DNA of 60,187 nucleotides from Minisyncoccia bacterium (GTDB taxonomy: Bacteria; Patescibacteriota; Minisyncoccia; Phycocordibacterales; UBA918). This document shows positions 47,206 to 57,097 of this stretch, piece after piece. The DNA lies in NCBI GenBank assembly GCA_964229335.1, contig CAXRCZ010000008.1, forward strand, positions 1 through 60,187. Reading direction: 5' to 3'. The notes under the pieces were generated by a model. It did not search any database, was not told where the DNA came from, and saw only the letters and a program-made list of their open reading frames with translations. The translations under genes and the position numbers were made by a program. Position 1 is the stretch's first letter; every line of letters begins with the position of its first letter.

Positions 47206-47742
47206 TTACTCAATCTCTATCAACTCAACCGAAAAAATAAGTGTGGCATTAGCTGGAATTGGTCCAAACCCATCCTCGCCGTAGGCTAATGAAGCTGGAA
47301 TTACCAGCACTCGCTCGCCGCCAGCCTTCATCCCGACAACCCCTTGTTCTAGACCTTCAATTGCTCGCCCTGCTCCAACTTCAAAAGAGAAGGCTTCTCC
47401 TTGCTTACGAGAGTTATCAAATTCCTGGCCTGACTGTAATCGACCAACATAGTGAATCGTTACTTCATCACCCACTTCTACTATCTGACCGCTACCAATC
47501 TTCACATCATCAATTATCAGACGATTGATACCACCACGTTCATTAGTGGCTTCGCGCAGAGTAGCAGCGGTTTGCTCAGGATTAGCACTAGCATCTATTA
47601 CTACCGCCGTATTACCGATTCGATTGCTCGTAATGTCATCTGCCCCACCAGCCAATCGTTGTTGTGTCTGGTAGAGGTAAACCGCTGTAACTAGTGTCAC
47701 GATACTGATAGCTGCGGCAAAGAGTTCAATCTTGTTAAACAT
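47206..47742 (-). CDS. FKBP-type peptidyl-prolyl isomerase, membrane-anchored
   Basis: V.IHY.G.L..G..FD.S, G.RVLVIP..LAYG, IPANATLIFSVEL. Confidence 0.95.
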   Translation of the reverse strand: MFNKIELFAAAISIVTLVTAVYLYQTQQRLAGGADDITSNRIGNTAVVIDASANPEQTAATLREATNERGGINRLIIDDVKIGSGQIVEVGDEVTIHYVGRLQSGQEFDNSRKQGEAFSFEVGAGRAIEGLEQGVVGMKAGGERVLVIPASLAYGEDGFGPIPANATLIFSVELIEIE

Positions 47743-47749
47743 AGAAATA

Positions 47750-48838
47750 TTACCGATTCATCATAGCCATTTTGAGCGAAGATGCAACTGGAAGATTGAA
47801 GGATAACTCCCCTCCTCTAATGTTGTTTTGTAACTCGTACGCGCTCCGATACGACATACGAGACAAAAATCTAGTCTGCTCTATAGTTGTCATTGCTTGT
47901 GGTTGCGAGAGTGATCCTATACTACTGACACCAGAAAGCTTTATCGTGGCTTCTTCCCCGGTAAAATCAACCTGGAGTACCAGTCCTTCCTGTACTGCCG
48001 TCGAAAAATACTGATCAAAGACGTAATTGCCTAGAGAGTATACTACTGGCACACCTTCGATAGTCGCTATGTCTTGGACAACATGTGGATGATGGCCAAT
48101 GATTAAATCCGCGCCAGTTTCCACCAATTTGGTAGCAAAATTACGCTGATTTGCACTATGTTTGTTCTGGTACTCATTTCCCCAATGTACATACGCAATC
48201 TGTAAATCGCTATTGCTGTTGGCTTCTGTAAAGACAGTTTGTAATTCACTACTACTCCAATCTTTTACTGTATTGTTTATACCAATCAGTGCCACCGTTC
48301 CAGCTGTTGTTTCTAAATATGTCACGCTAGTGCCATCAAGTAGATATTGGCCGCCAAAACTAGTGATGTTGTTTTCATCTAATACCTTTTTGGTATGCAA
48401 ATGACCTTCAACTCCTTTATCAAAGCTATGATTGTTGGCTAAAGAAAGGTGGGTGAATCCGGCCTCGACAAGGGCTGGAACGTACTCCTCAGCTACTGAA
48501 AATGACATCGTATAGGCTGGAGTACGGGTATGAGTAGGTGGAATACTGGCTTCAAAGTTGCCAATCACGCCAACGTGTCTGCCAGCATCTTTGAGTTCAT
48601 GTTCGGCAAAAGGATAGTTAGAGCCATGTAGTTGCATTAACCGCTCAACATTGCGTGCCATCATTACATCACCAACGAATACAAGCGAGTCGTATGGACG
48701 CTCACCTGACAGCTGTTCAAGTACACCATACTGCGGCAATGCAAGTAGTTCAAAGTACGTCTTTGTTGGGTGGAGATGAGTTAACTGCAATAACAGCACC
48801 GCCGTTGCGATAGGTATAAAAAAATTTTTTAGCTTCAT
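47750..48838 (-). CDS. CapA/PGA_cap family metallophosphatase
   Basis: GDVMMAR, GNFE, LANNH, HWGNEY, GHHPHV, YSLGN..FDQ. Confidence 0.92.
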   Translation of the reverse strand: MKLKNFFIPIATAVLLLQLTHLHPTKTYFELLALPQYGVLEQLSGERPYDSLVFVGDVMMARNVERLMQLHGSNYPFAEHELKDAGRHVGVIGNFEASIPPTHTRTPAYTMSFSVAEEYVPALVEAGFTHLSLANNHSFDKGVEGHLHTKKVLDENNITSFGGQYLLDGTSVTYLETTAGTVALIGINNTVKDWSSSELQTVFTEANSNSDLQIAYVHWGNEYQNKHSANQRNFATKLVETGADLIIGHHPHVVQDIATIEGVPVVYSLGNYVFDQYFSTAVQEGLVLQVDFTGEEATIKLSGVSSIGSLSQPQAMTTIEQTRFLSRMSYRSAYELQNNIRGGELSFNLPVASSLKMAMMNR

Positions 48839-48844
48839 TATGAT

Positions 48845-49267
48845 TTATCCCCAAGAAATACCGCTACTAGCATGAAATAGTCCTACTTGGGCAATATACA
48901 TATACAATACTGCTGCTAAAATTGCCACCACAAAAGAAAGGATTCCGAGCGCGACATGATAGTTCGGGATAACGGCTATGGTTCTGATTTTATCTTTTGG
49001 CAAATCCTCAACCGCCACATCAATACCTAATAAGAAAGTGATTTCCTTTGGTTTGAGAGCTTGATCAGTGCGAAAGACTTTATTAAATGATTGGCCTCTA
49101 TCGTGTATTTCAGAATTACTTGATTGTTTCAAAAGAGTTACCGCTTCACTTATTTCAGCTGACGAATAGTGTGCACACGATAGCACCGCTTTGATTTGCT
49201 GCTCATCACTACTGGCAGTGAGGCCATTAGTAGCTAATATTGATTTAATTCTACTCAAGTCAATCAT
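48845..49267 (-). CDS. Hypothetical protein with C-terminal TM helix
   Basis: 140-aa ORF overlapping the upstream stop (ATGA); co-oriented. Confidence 0.7.
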   Translation of the reverse strand: MIDLSRIKSILATNGLTASSDEQQIKAVLSCAHYSSAEISEAVTLLKQSSNSEIHDRGQSFNKVFRTDQALKPKEITFLLGIDVAVEDLPKDKIRTIAVIPNYHVALGILSFVVAILAAVLYMYIAQVGLFHASSGISWG

Positions 49268-50319
49268 ATATCTATATCAGACTCGGTCAGACGTTGGGCT
49301 TTTACTACATAGTGATTATAAAATTCGAGCAATATAAAGAACAGGGTCACAATCACGGGACCAACAATAAAACCAACCGGTCCAAAGTAAGCAATACCTC
49401 CTAGAACCGAAATAAGGATGATGAATGGATGCATGTTGTTTTGTCGACCAATCAAGTATGGCCCGAGAAGATTGTCTACCAGACCAACTATTAACGCTGA
49501 CCAAACAAGCAACGCTATTCCCCATCCAACATCACCTGTCACAAACAAATAAATTGTAGCGGGAACAGTTACAATACTGGTGCCAACCCCTGGCATTAAA
49601 GCTCCGGCTGACGCGAGTGAACCCCACAAAATTGCGTGTTCAAATCCAACGATAGTAAACCCAATAGCGACCAAGGTTCCTTGAATAACAGCTAAGAGCA
49701 GGGTTCCGGTAGCGACAGAGCGCACAGCTCGACCGGTGCGTTCAATAATAAGTCTATCCTCATCATCTGGTAGTGGACTCGCTTTGACTACCAAATCTAG
49801 CATTTGTCGGCCGTCGCGGAAAAAGTAGAACGAACCAATAATAGCGATAAAGAAAGTGAATATAGTAGAAATAGTACCGGCAAATATAGTGCCGAGATTT
49901 TCAGCAATTAATCGTGCCAGTGATTGCACCTGGGCTACCAAATCAACATTGCTGCCCGGAAATAGATTTTCAATTTGTGCCTCGGCGTTTAGTAGTAGTT
50001 GTTCAGTGTTTACCTGTTCTCCGTTATTTAAATCTTGATAAAACCCAACCACTTCACCAATTAGTAATGAGGTCAAAAGAGTTAGCGGTAACACTAGCAC
50101 CAGCAATACTACTACCGTGGAAAGAAAAGCAGCGATAGTTTTGTTATTTCTTGGAGTAAGCGCCAAAATTCTAGTATGCAATGGATGGCAGATGGTTACG
50201 ATAATTGCAGAGAGAGCCAGCGCACTCAAGAATGGAGCGGCTATTTGCCACACCATATACCCCGCAAAAAGTAACAAGCCAAAGAAGAATACATACTCGA
50301 TTATGCGGTTAATATCCAT
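49264..50319 (-). CDS. AI-2E family transporter
   Basis: Multi-TM, FYFFRDG, VDNLL.P.LIG, HP..IL.SVLGG...FG..G...GP. Confidence 0.93.
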   Translation of the reverse strand: MDINRIIEYVFFFGLLLFAGYMVWQIAAPFLSALALSAIIVTICHPLHTRILALTPRNNKTIAAFLSTVVVLLVLVLPLTLLTSLLIGEVVGFYQDLNNGEQVNTEQLLLNAEAQIENLFPGSNVDLVAQVQSLARLIAENLGTIFAGTISTIFTFFIAIIGSFYFFRDGRQMLDLVVKASPLPDDEDRLIIERTGRAVRSVATGTLLLAVIQGTLVAIGFTIVGFEHAILWGSLASAGALMPGVGTSIVTVPATIYLFVTGDVGWGIALLVWSALIVGLVDNLLGPYLIGRQNNMHPFIILISVLGGIAYFGPVGFIVGPVIVTLFFILLEFYNHYVVKAQRLTESDIDI

Positions 50320-50363
50320 GTTTTTAGTATAGCTTATTGTGCCTTATGCTGCACTCACTGACA

Positions 50364-50414
50364 GTAAATAACAAAAAACTTCCTCGTGGTGGGAGAAAGT
50401 TTTTTGTTATTTAC
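50364..50414 (-). terminator. Intrinsic terminator after the WxL-like gene
   Basis: GTAAATAACAAAAAACTT...AAGTTTTTTGTTATTTAC inverted repeat. Confidence 0.75.
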
Positions 50415-50432
50415 CCAGCGCGTTTTAGTCAT

Positions 50433-51188
50433 TTAGAATACAGGTGTCACTACATAAGTAATGGCAGTTTGGTATTTGTCTGCATTTTCTTGCAGAGACG
50501 AAACTTCCACTTTGTACCCTACTCTCGCCAACCCTTCACCCTGCACTTTACCTGCGATTGGGCCGGTATGGCGCAGCACTTCAATTGGTGAACTAGAAGC
50601 GGCAACAAATCTATCGCCTCCTTCTAGCACATTGAATAAGTCTGTGAGTGATTCTGTCAGTGTAGCGTCGTCTGAGGTGATACCCCAGTGCCCATATTCA
50701 TTTTCTTGACCTGGCGTGGCTGACGGTGAAACCCAAGCGGTTGGATTGGCATCGTAACTTCCGTTACGAAATGAATCTATATCCTCACCGGTTTCAGTTT
50801 CTAATTGGCCGGCAGTCTGGACAGTGACTACAAAACCATTTTTAGCGTTAGTTGCTACTGAAAGGTCTTGAGCAGCAGCTATAGCTTTATTAGGTACGAT
50901 GTCTTCAAACACAACGGCAGCTGGTGTACTGTCATTAGAAGTAATGTCAGCACTATTAAGCAATTGACTGTGTTCGACTCCATCAATCGAAAAGCGTATA
51001 AACGTTTCCTGACTGGCGTCTGCGTCCAAACCGGTATCTGCTGAAGTAGAAAAATCAGCGATGGCAGATTTTTTTGTTTCAGCAAAAGCCGGTACTGCAG
51101 CCTCTAGAGTCCACCCAACCAGACCAAGAAAACTTAAGACTATAATAGAGCGGAGCAATGAGAACGAACGAGACGTTCTTTGCGACAT
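50433..51188 (-). CDS. Secreted beta-rich protein, WxL-domain-like
   Basis: Signal peptide (AFA); LSVATNAKNGFVVTV...L and terminal YQTAITYVVTPVF resemble the WxL-type Y..xIxW/YxL ending. Confidence 0.55.
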   Translation of the reverse strand: MSQRTSRSFSLLRSIIVLSFLGLVGWTLEAAVPAFAETKKSAIADFSTSADTGLDADASQETFIRFSIDGVEHSQLLNSADITSNDSTPAAVVFEDIVPNKAIAAAQDLSVATNAKNGFVVTVQTAGQLETETGEDIDSFRNGSYDANPTAWVSPSATPGQENEYGHWGITSDDATLTESLTDLFNVLEGGDRFVAASSSPIEVLRHTGPIAGKVQGEGLARVGYKVEVSSLQENADKYQTAITYVVTPVF

Positions 51189-51397
51189 ACTCTACATTAT
51201 TACTACTCACTGTTTGCTTTGATTACTGTCTCCACTCATTCATCAAAACACAGTGAGTGCACCGCCAAAGCCGCATTCGGCTGAAATGCGGGTCATACGA
51301 TTATCACCGCATGACTCAGTAATTACCTCCTTTAGTGGTACTACCTTATCTTACGATATCCATCAGAAGATAATGTCTCATTATTAACAATCAAGTA

Positions 51398-52883
51398 CTA
51401 CTTTATTGTTTTAGCCACATCATTCACTTCCTTGTCGATTAATTTTTCAGATACTTCTAAGGCAGTGATAAGACTTTTGACGGCCTCCTCTTCTTTTTTA
51501 GTTAGTTTCTTCCGTTTTGTTATAGAAATGATTTGGTCATGTATTTCTTCTCGTAGAGCAGAGAATATTTTTGCGGTTTGGTCTTTTATTTCTGTAATCT
51601 CCCGTCGTAGTCTTCGTTCTAATTCATCATGGTTATGTCGCTCTTGCATCAAATACAATAGCGTGACCCCGAGTAGTAACAGTAGCGCCAAGAGCAATAA
51701 GTTGCTTGGAGTCACTAGCGACATAAGTGACGTGGATGTGTTAGGTTTAACTGTATTCGCACTTAAGAGCACGCTATTGTCGGCTGAACGACGATTACCA
51801 GCTGCATCTACAGCTATCACCTCAATCATGTACGAACCTATTGTTAGTCCATCTAATGAATACCCTGATTCCACTTCTGACGGTGTAACTGTGGTAAATA
51901 GAGTATCGTCCAAATGTATTTCATAGAATGCCACGCCTGATAATTCGTCTTCAGCAGTAAAATAGAGGCGAGGAAATAATTCATTAGTTTCAGTCGACGC
52001 TGCTGTGACCACAAAAGGTTGGGGTGCGGTGGTGTCAATTTGAATTTTAAAATTACGCGGTTCTCCCCACCCAGTATCATCTCTAAAATTAACACTCAAA
52101 TAATTAACCCCATCCCCGAGTTCATCGGAATCCAATTGGTATCGCTGTAATGGTGGAGTGAATATAGTACCAGCAGTGGTTTGTGGTTGATTGTCTGAAT
52201 CTGGTGTTACTTCAATTGCTACTGCTTCGACATTTGCTGGTAATGACCAACCAAATACCCCCTTTTCTACTGAGTACCATTTTGTTTCATCAGTAAAGGT
52301 TGGTGATACTAGTACCGGTGGAGCTGGCTCTCCAGGAGAAGCAGGAATTGATGAAGAGATGATTGAATATACTCCTGTTGTGATGGTGGTAAACGGCTGA
52401 CTTTCCGTGTCTGCCACCAGTAGTGCAGCACCATCAATGAGATTGATTTCAGCTGTCCCATTCCCAACTGGCGTTAAGGTAACAGTGAAGAGTACTGAAC
52501 GCTCAGTAATTGGTTCGTCACTATTGCCAGCAAACTCTATGGTTCCTATATTATTAGTATCTATGTATCTCGGTTCGACTGTCCAAGCATCGATGGTATC
52601 GGTACTTTGAATATTGCTGACAATCAAATGGTTTGAGTCAAAGGTGATTTTTCCTCTCACACCCTCAATAGCTTCACTTAACTCACTCGGTGCCACAATG
52701 AGCTGTACAGTGAATTCCTCACCATTAAAATAAACGTTTGTTGCTGGTGCCACCTCTAATTCAGCTGCTTCTGTTGGTGCAGGCAAAGAAAAAAGCGTCA
52801 AAAATAAGACACTTATAATGATAACTAACAGTAGCGCAGGATGTTTTGCCAGTAAGAACATGTGGTACAAAAATCTTTCCATC
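51398..52883 (-). CDS. Surface protein: cohesin-like domain, Ig-like domains, TM, cytoplasmic coiled coil
   Basis: GEEFTVQLIV...I.FD...L.V...GTIEF.G...LFTVTL (cohesin-like); IDTTAP, DELSGVAFYEI, AVDAAGN (Ig-like). Start uncertain. Confidence 0.7.
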
Positions 52884-52889
52884 ATAATA

Positions 52890-53336
52890 TCATGACTCAT
52901 TAGCAACTTTGCTGTTGCTAGCAGAAATATAAGGTAGTGAGAGAATTAGAACTCCGTTTGAAACTTTGGCTTCAGCAGCATCAATATCGATTGCTACTGG
53001 CAGCAGAATTCGTCGATAAAAATTATCCCACGCACCCTCTCGAGCCACAAACTTGCCTGGCGGCATAGCTTCAACAAAACTATCCACTGGTAGTTTGCGT
53101 GTGCCTTCAATCAGAATTATCTTTCCCTCCCCCTCTAAAGAGATACTGATATCTCCTAGGGATGCTCCAGCCACTTGCGCAAATAGCACGATTAAATTTT
53201 TTGTTTGGTAGATATCTACTGGCAACTGTGCAACCGTGTCTTCTACTACATCACTAGGAGTAGTCGGTGAACCTTCGAGTTCTTCGGCGGCCGCTATCTC
53301 TACATCTCTTTTTTTAAGTTTCTGGAGAAAGGACAT
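52890..53336 (-). CDS. Hsp20/alpha-crystallin family protein
   Basis: LPVDIYQT, AQVAG, I.G.R, FYRRILLP, AKVSNGVLILSLP. Confidence 0.9.
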   Translation of the reverse strand: MSFLQKLKKRDVEIAAAEELEGSPTTPSDVVEDTVAQLPVDIYQTKNLIVLFAQVAGASLGDISISLEGEGKIILIEGTRKLPVDSFVEAMPPGKFVAREGAWDNFYRRILLPVAIDIDAAEAKVSNGVLILSLPYISASNSKVANES

Positions 53337-53426
53337 ACAACATAATTATATAATGTCTAGATATATGACTGTACCGCTTACCCACATGTTACCAGCAAAC
53401 TAGACATCGCTACGTAAGAAAATTGT

Positions 53427-53753
53427 TTATTTATGAGACGACTCTGTTTGAGTTATTCGGTGTGAGAAGGCGTAGTTTAAAACGAGCAAGCTAAGAAGCA
53501 CGAACAGAAAACTAGCTAGTGCATATGTTACCCACTGAGGGTCGAGGGTAGAAGCGTTAGATACAGTAGCAGTTGCTTCAGAAGAATTGACTTTGGTTGT
53601 TAGAGAGTTAAAAACAGCGGCAGTAAACTGCTGCGTGTCAGAGAGTGCTGTACCACTTTGAAACACCAACAACAGTGCGGTGACTACCGCACCAATTCTT
53701 AGTGACCGGTGGTACAAGTGGTCTTTCATTAAATAAACTATACCGTGATTCAT
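53427..53753 (-). CDS. Small two-TM hypothetical protein
   Basis: Two hydrophobic segments; directly follows the upstream gene; start uncertain. Confidence 0.6.
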   Translation of the reverse strand: MNHGIVYLMKDHLYHRSLRIGAVVTALLLVFQSGTALSDTQQFTAAVFNSLTTKVNSSEATATVSNASTLDPQWVTYALASFLFVLLSLLVLNYAFSHRITQTESSHK

Positions 53754-53755
53754 TA

Positions 53756-54811
53756 TCACGCCACAAGGTAAATCATGAGGATTACAAAAGCCGTCAACAT
53801 AAAGAACAGTACCCGTTTACGGTGTTTTCGTTTGCGACGCAAACTGTCCGTATAAATACGCGGTCGCAGATAATGACTAAAGAAGAACCAACCAATCAGA
53901 CTAATTGTCGAAACTAATATCAGTCCGCCAACAACCATGGTCGCAATAGTGGGTAATCTCCAATAGACAATTTCGTCACTAAGCAGCTGCGTCTCCTCGT
54001 TGTTGTAGCTGAGCTGTAGTTCAATTGTATATGGACCATAGGCTAATCTGGACGGCTCCCAAGTAGCGGTAAAGTTACGTTGACTCTTGGGAAAAATAGA
54101 GTGTTTGGCTGGATTGATTGTTTGGCTAAACACTTCTCTTCCCCACCAATTTTTTATCACCACTGATCCAGTAGGTTGGAACAAGATTGGACTTTGATTA
54201 TCGAGTTGGATAGTGATGGGTAGCAATCTACCTTCTTCATCACCCGTCTCAGGCTTAACTTCAAAATCAGATAGACGTAAAGAACCACTCACATCTCCTG
54301 ACACACGCACGTTAACGATACTGACGACCTGATAGCCCACAGCAGCACCTGAAGTTTCTATTTTGGGTGCTGGCGCTTCTACAATTATGCCTGCAAAATA
54401 ACTTCCTGGTACAACCTCATCTGACACACGCAGCAAATATGGCACTTTTGCAACTTCTTGGGGATTTAGAACAATCTCAGATTTTGAAAGCTGTATAAAT
54501 GAACTGGCACCAAACGGAGCTAACTCATCTGGCGTAGCCAGTACCGGGACCCCGCCCTCTCTGACTCCAACTATATCTGTTACTTCTAAAAAGTACGTGC
54601 TGGTGGTAGCCGTTAAATTACGAATGGTTAAAAAGTACTCCTTCTCAGCTCCTGCGTTTATTTCCTCCTCAATTATCGCCGGCAAGACACTCACCCCTTG
54701 AGATGCAGCTTCAGCACTTTCAGCAGCAGAAACCATCCCGGTCAAAAATACTCCGACTAGAAAAATCCGGGTTATTGAGAGCGCTGATAAATTTTTTTTA
54801 AATAATTTCAT
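53756..54811 (-). CDS. DUF916/DUF3324-like (WxL-interacting-type) surface protein with C-terminal TM helices
   Basis: Signal peptide; V.V.PAI.E....G....LTIRN, L.P.E...VPY...V.....PG.Y.AG, N.S.I...P.G.V.I.N.WG; TM helices flanking a basic stretch. Confidence 0.6.
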   Translation of the reverse strand: MKLFKKNLSALSITRIFLVGVFLTGMVSAAESAEAASQGVSVLPAIIEEEINAGAEKEYFLTIRNLTATTSTYFLEVTDIVGVREGGVPVLATPDELAPFGASSFIQLSKSEIVLNPQEVAKVPYLLRVSDEVVPGSYFAGIIVEAPAPKIETSGAAVGYQVVSIVNVRVSGDVSGSLRLSDFEVKPETGDEEGRLLPITIQLDNQSPILFQPTGSVVIKNWWGREVFSQTINPAKHSIFPKSQRNFTATWEPSRLAYGPYTIELQLSYNNEETQLLSDEIVYWRLPTIATMVVGGLILVSTISLIGWFFFSHYLRPRIYTDSLRRKRKHRKRVLFFMLTAFVILMIYLVA

Positions 54812-54838
54812 TAAGTAATGAGGTTTCTAAAACGGAAA

Positions 54839-54924
54839 CTCCCAGTCAAAGACTGGGAGATAACACCGTAAGACCATTGGCGTGGTCGGTTTGCACACAT
54901 TGGTGGAGATGCCAGTCCGTCTTT
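54839..54924 (-). promoter_or_regulatory. Candidate attenuator (terminator with an alternative pairing partner) in the leader of the surface cluster
   Basis: Minus strand CTCCCAGTC-TTT-GACTGGGAG-TTTCCGTTTT, 28 nt before the ATG; upstream GACTGG (54912-54917) can pair with the 5' arm. Confidence 0.4.
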
Positions 54925-55153
54925 ACTAAAAAACTCAGCCTAAACGCACGGGAAGCAATGTGCTGCGAACCATTCTCATTGTACGAGTTCATTAGAGCTA
55001 TTGTCCTTTATCAGCTGTTGATAACTTGTAGTAGCTGACCTTTGTTTGTAGCAAATACTTAATGATTTCATAGAATTTTTTCACCATGAGCGACATGACT
55101 AATATTTTTAATTAAGTACAAATGTCGTTTAAAAGAATTTTTTTAAAGATAAT

Positions 55154-56404
55154 CTAGGCTTTTACCTCAGCAATACTCTCCCACCGGGTTGTGTAATCAG
55201 GTGACAGGAGATTCTGCCGAGCTTGCCATTTGGCACTATGTTTTTTACCACCCAGTGTCAGTAATGGTCGTTTGTTTTGATCGGTAATACTATCGAGAAT
55301 TGCTAATAAACCAGCTTCCTTATCTTCCTTCTCTTCTTCAAAAAGAACTTTGGTCTGGATTTCTTCAGACTGTAAACCAGAGGCAATGGCACCGGCTTTT
55401 TTATATGGCACGCCCGCTTTCCACATTGCTCTCACAGCTGCCATGGCTTCACGCACCAGCAAGAAAGAATTATTACTTGGGACAGCTAGTACAATCTCTT
55501 TACTCGCACCATGTAATACAAAGTCCCCGTGGCGGCTAGGTGCAATAAACACTCTTATTTCTCTAGCAGCAAGCTTTTTTGTACGCAGTTCTCTGGCAAT
55601 ATTTTCAACGTGATATTTTACTGCTTCTTCAAGTGGAGCTAATTCTGTGATGGAAGCCGGGAAAGATCTAGTGCTCATAATCGTCTTTTGCTCATTGGTT
55701 CTTAATTTTCCAGAAGAATTGCCATGTAGCTCACGCCATAGTCGCCAACCAACTATGCCGAACCTTTCTCTCACTAACTGCTCGCTCAAATCCATATATT
55801 CCGCCACCGTTGAGACACCGAACGATTGATACTGTTTCGCTAGTCTGTATCCTACGCCCCAGATACTAGATAATTTCATATCTCGACTTCTGTTCATCCA
55901 ATCATCAGTTCGTAGGTGATAGACTCCCGTATTTTTCTTAGCGATATCATTAGCTACCTTTGCTTGTGTCTTTGACAATCCCAATCCCAGTGAGACTGGA
56001 ACCCCTACTTGCTTCTCGACTTTGTCTTTTATCTCTTTCAATACCGTCTCTGGCTCTTCAGTCTCTGATGAAATAGTAAAAAATGCTTCGTCTATTGAGT
56101 ACTCTTCTATTTCATCTAGTACTTCACGCATGGTAGAAAAGACTCGGCGTGAAATATCACGATACAACGCAAAGTGAGATGAAAATATTTCCACCTTATG
56201 CTCCTGAATAATGTCCTTTATCTTGAAGTAAGGGACACCCATAGGGACGCCGATGTCCTTTACTTCTTGACTTCGGGCTACCACACACCCATCATTCGAA
56301 GACAAAACTACTACTGGCTTACCCAGCAAATCTGGTCGGAATAACCGCTCACACGAGACAAAAAAGTTATTGCAATCTAAGAGACCAACGTAGTAGTGCT
56401 TCAT
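55154..56404 (-). CDS. umuC: Y-family DNA polymerase V catalytic subunit UmuC-like
   Basis: DCNNFFVSCER.FRPDL...PVVVLSSNDGCVVARS, YSIDEAF, C-terminal W..RQ..LSP.YTTRW. Confidence 0.95.
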   Translation of the reverse strand: MKHYYVGLLDCNNFFVSCERLFRPDLLGKPVVVLSSNDGCVVARSQEVKDIGVPMGVPYFKIKDIIQEHKVEIFSSHFALYRDISRRVFSTMREVLDEIEEYSIDEAFFTISSETEEPETVLKEIKDKVEKQVGVPVSLGLGLSKTQAKVANDIAKKNTGVYHLRTDDWMNRSRDMKLSSIWGVGYRLAKQYQSFGVSTVAEYMDLSEQLVRERFGIVGWRLWRELHGNSSGKLRTNEQKTIMSTRSFPASITELAPLEEAVKYHVENIARELRTKKLAAREIRVFIAPSRHGDFVLHGASKEIVLAVPSNNSFLLVREAMAAVRAMWKAGVPYKKAGAIASGLQSEEIQTKVLFEEEKEDKEAGLLAILDSITDQNKRPLLTLGGKKHSAKWQARQNLLSPDYTTRWESIAEVKA

Positions 56405-56425
56405 TACTAAATTATAACAAAAATA

Positions 56426-56452
56426 ACCCTCGGCAGTGTAAGTGCCGAGGGT
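56426..56452 (-). terminator. Hairpin 30 nt downstream of the GC-rich hypothetical gene
   Basis: ACCCTCGGCA-7nt-TGCCGAGGGT followed on the minus strand by TATTTTT. Confidence 0.8.
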
Positions 56453-56482
56453 CTAGAGGCGGGTGCAAATCAACTGGTTTGC

Positions 56483-57097
56483 TTATCCGCGAACGAACAC
56501 CCAGCTGTCTCTTTCCCACCGTTCCATAGGGTTGTGATCCCGGTCAGCGTAGAGCTTACGGCCATCTGCAGCGCACTCTAAGCTCAATACGTACCAACAG
56601 CAGTTCGAGCTCTTCATAGTTTCCATTGCCACCCGCAAGCATTCGCCACAGGGCAGCAGGCTGGGGTATGTGAGCCATAGCTGCGGAGCAACTTCGGCGG
56701 GGCAGAGCGAGAGACCGTGGCGTTCGGCGGCAGCGTAAATCTCCTCCGTGCGCCAACAGTTTTCCAACCCCAGCTCCTTAGCTGATACTCGAACCAGGTC
56801 GAGTATGACTTCGGTGTCGTTGAACGTCATCGTTTCGAGAATGAAGCTGGCGTCTCTACAGAGCTCTATGCCGCTATCTTTGAGCCGTTGGCGAGCCGTC
56901 TTGACGTCGCCGAGGTTGCCGATTGTGACCGTCTTCCAGATTGGGAATTCGGGCAGTTCAACCTTTGCCACCAGCCATTCGCCAGCGTTGATGCGACGGA
57001 TGACTTCGACAGGGTCATTGATGTCCATCTGAGCCATTAGGTTTTTGACCAGGGCGTTGAGTTGGCCGACGGGTACGTCTTTGATTGCAAAGTTCAT
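56483..57097 (-). CDS. CPR-family hypothetical protein (ELG..IY..A...GL.LCPAEV.PQL...W....VFVR); possible CLec-fold DGR-type target
   Basis: AAGGAG SD before ATG 57097; visibly GC-richer than flanks; terminal W..VFVR motif. Confidence 0.65.
   Translation of the reverse strand: MNFAIKDVPVGQLNALVKNLMAQMDINDPVEVIRRINAGEWLVAKVELPEFPIWKTVTIGNLGDVKTARQRLKDSGIELCRDASFILETMTFNDTEVILDLVRVSAKELGLENCWRTEEIYAAAERHGLSLCPAEVAPQLWLTYPSLLPCGECLRVAMETMKSSNCCWYVLSLECAADGRKLYADRDHNPMERWERDSWVFVRG

Noticed and set aside
54880-54965. c-di-GMP-I riboswitch or SRP RNA (GCAAACC and GGAAGCA fragments)
   Set aside because: The remaining consensus elements are missing; kept only as an unassigned attenuator candidate
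33890-55030. DnaA-box-like 9-mers (CTATCCACA near 33893, TTATCAACA near 55016) suggesting oriC
   Set aside because: Isolated, mismatched copies; no cluster, no dnaA and no switch in gene orientation
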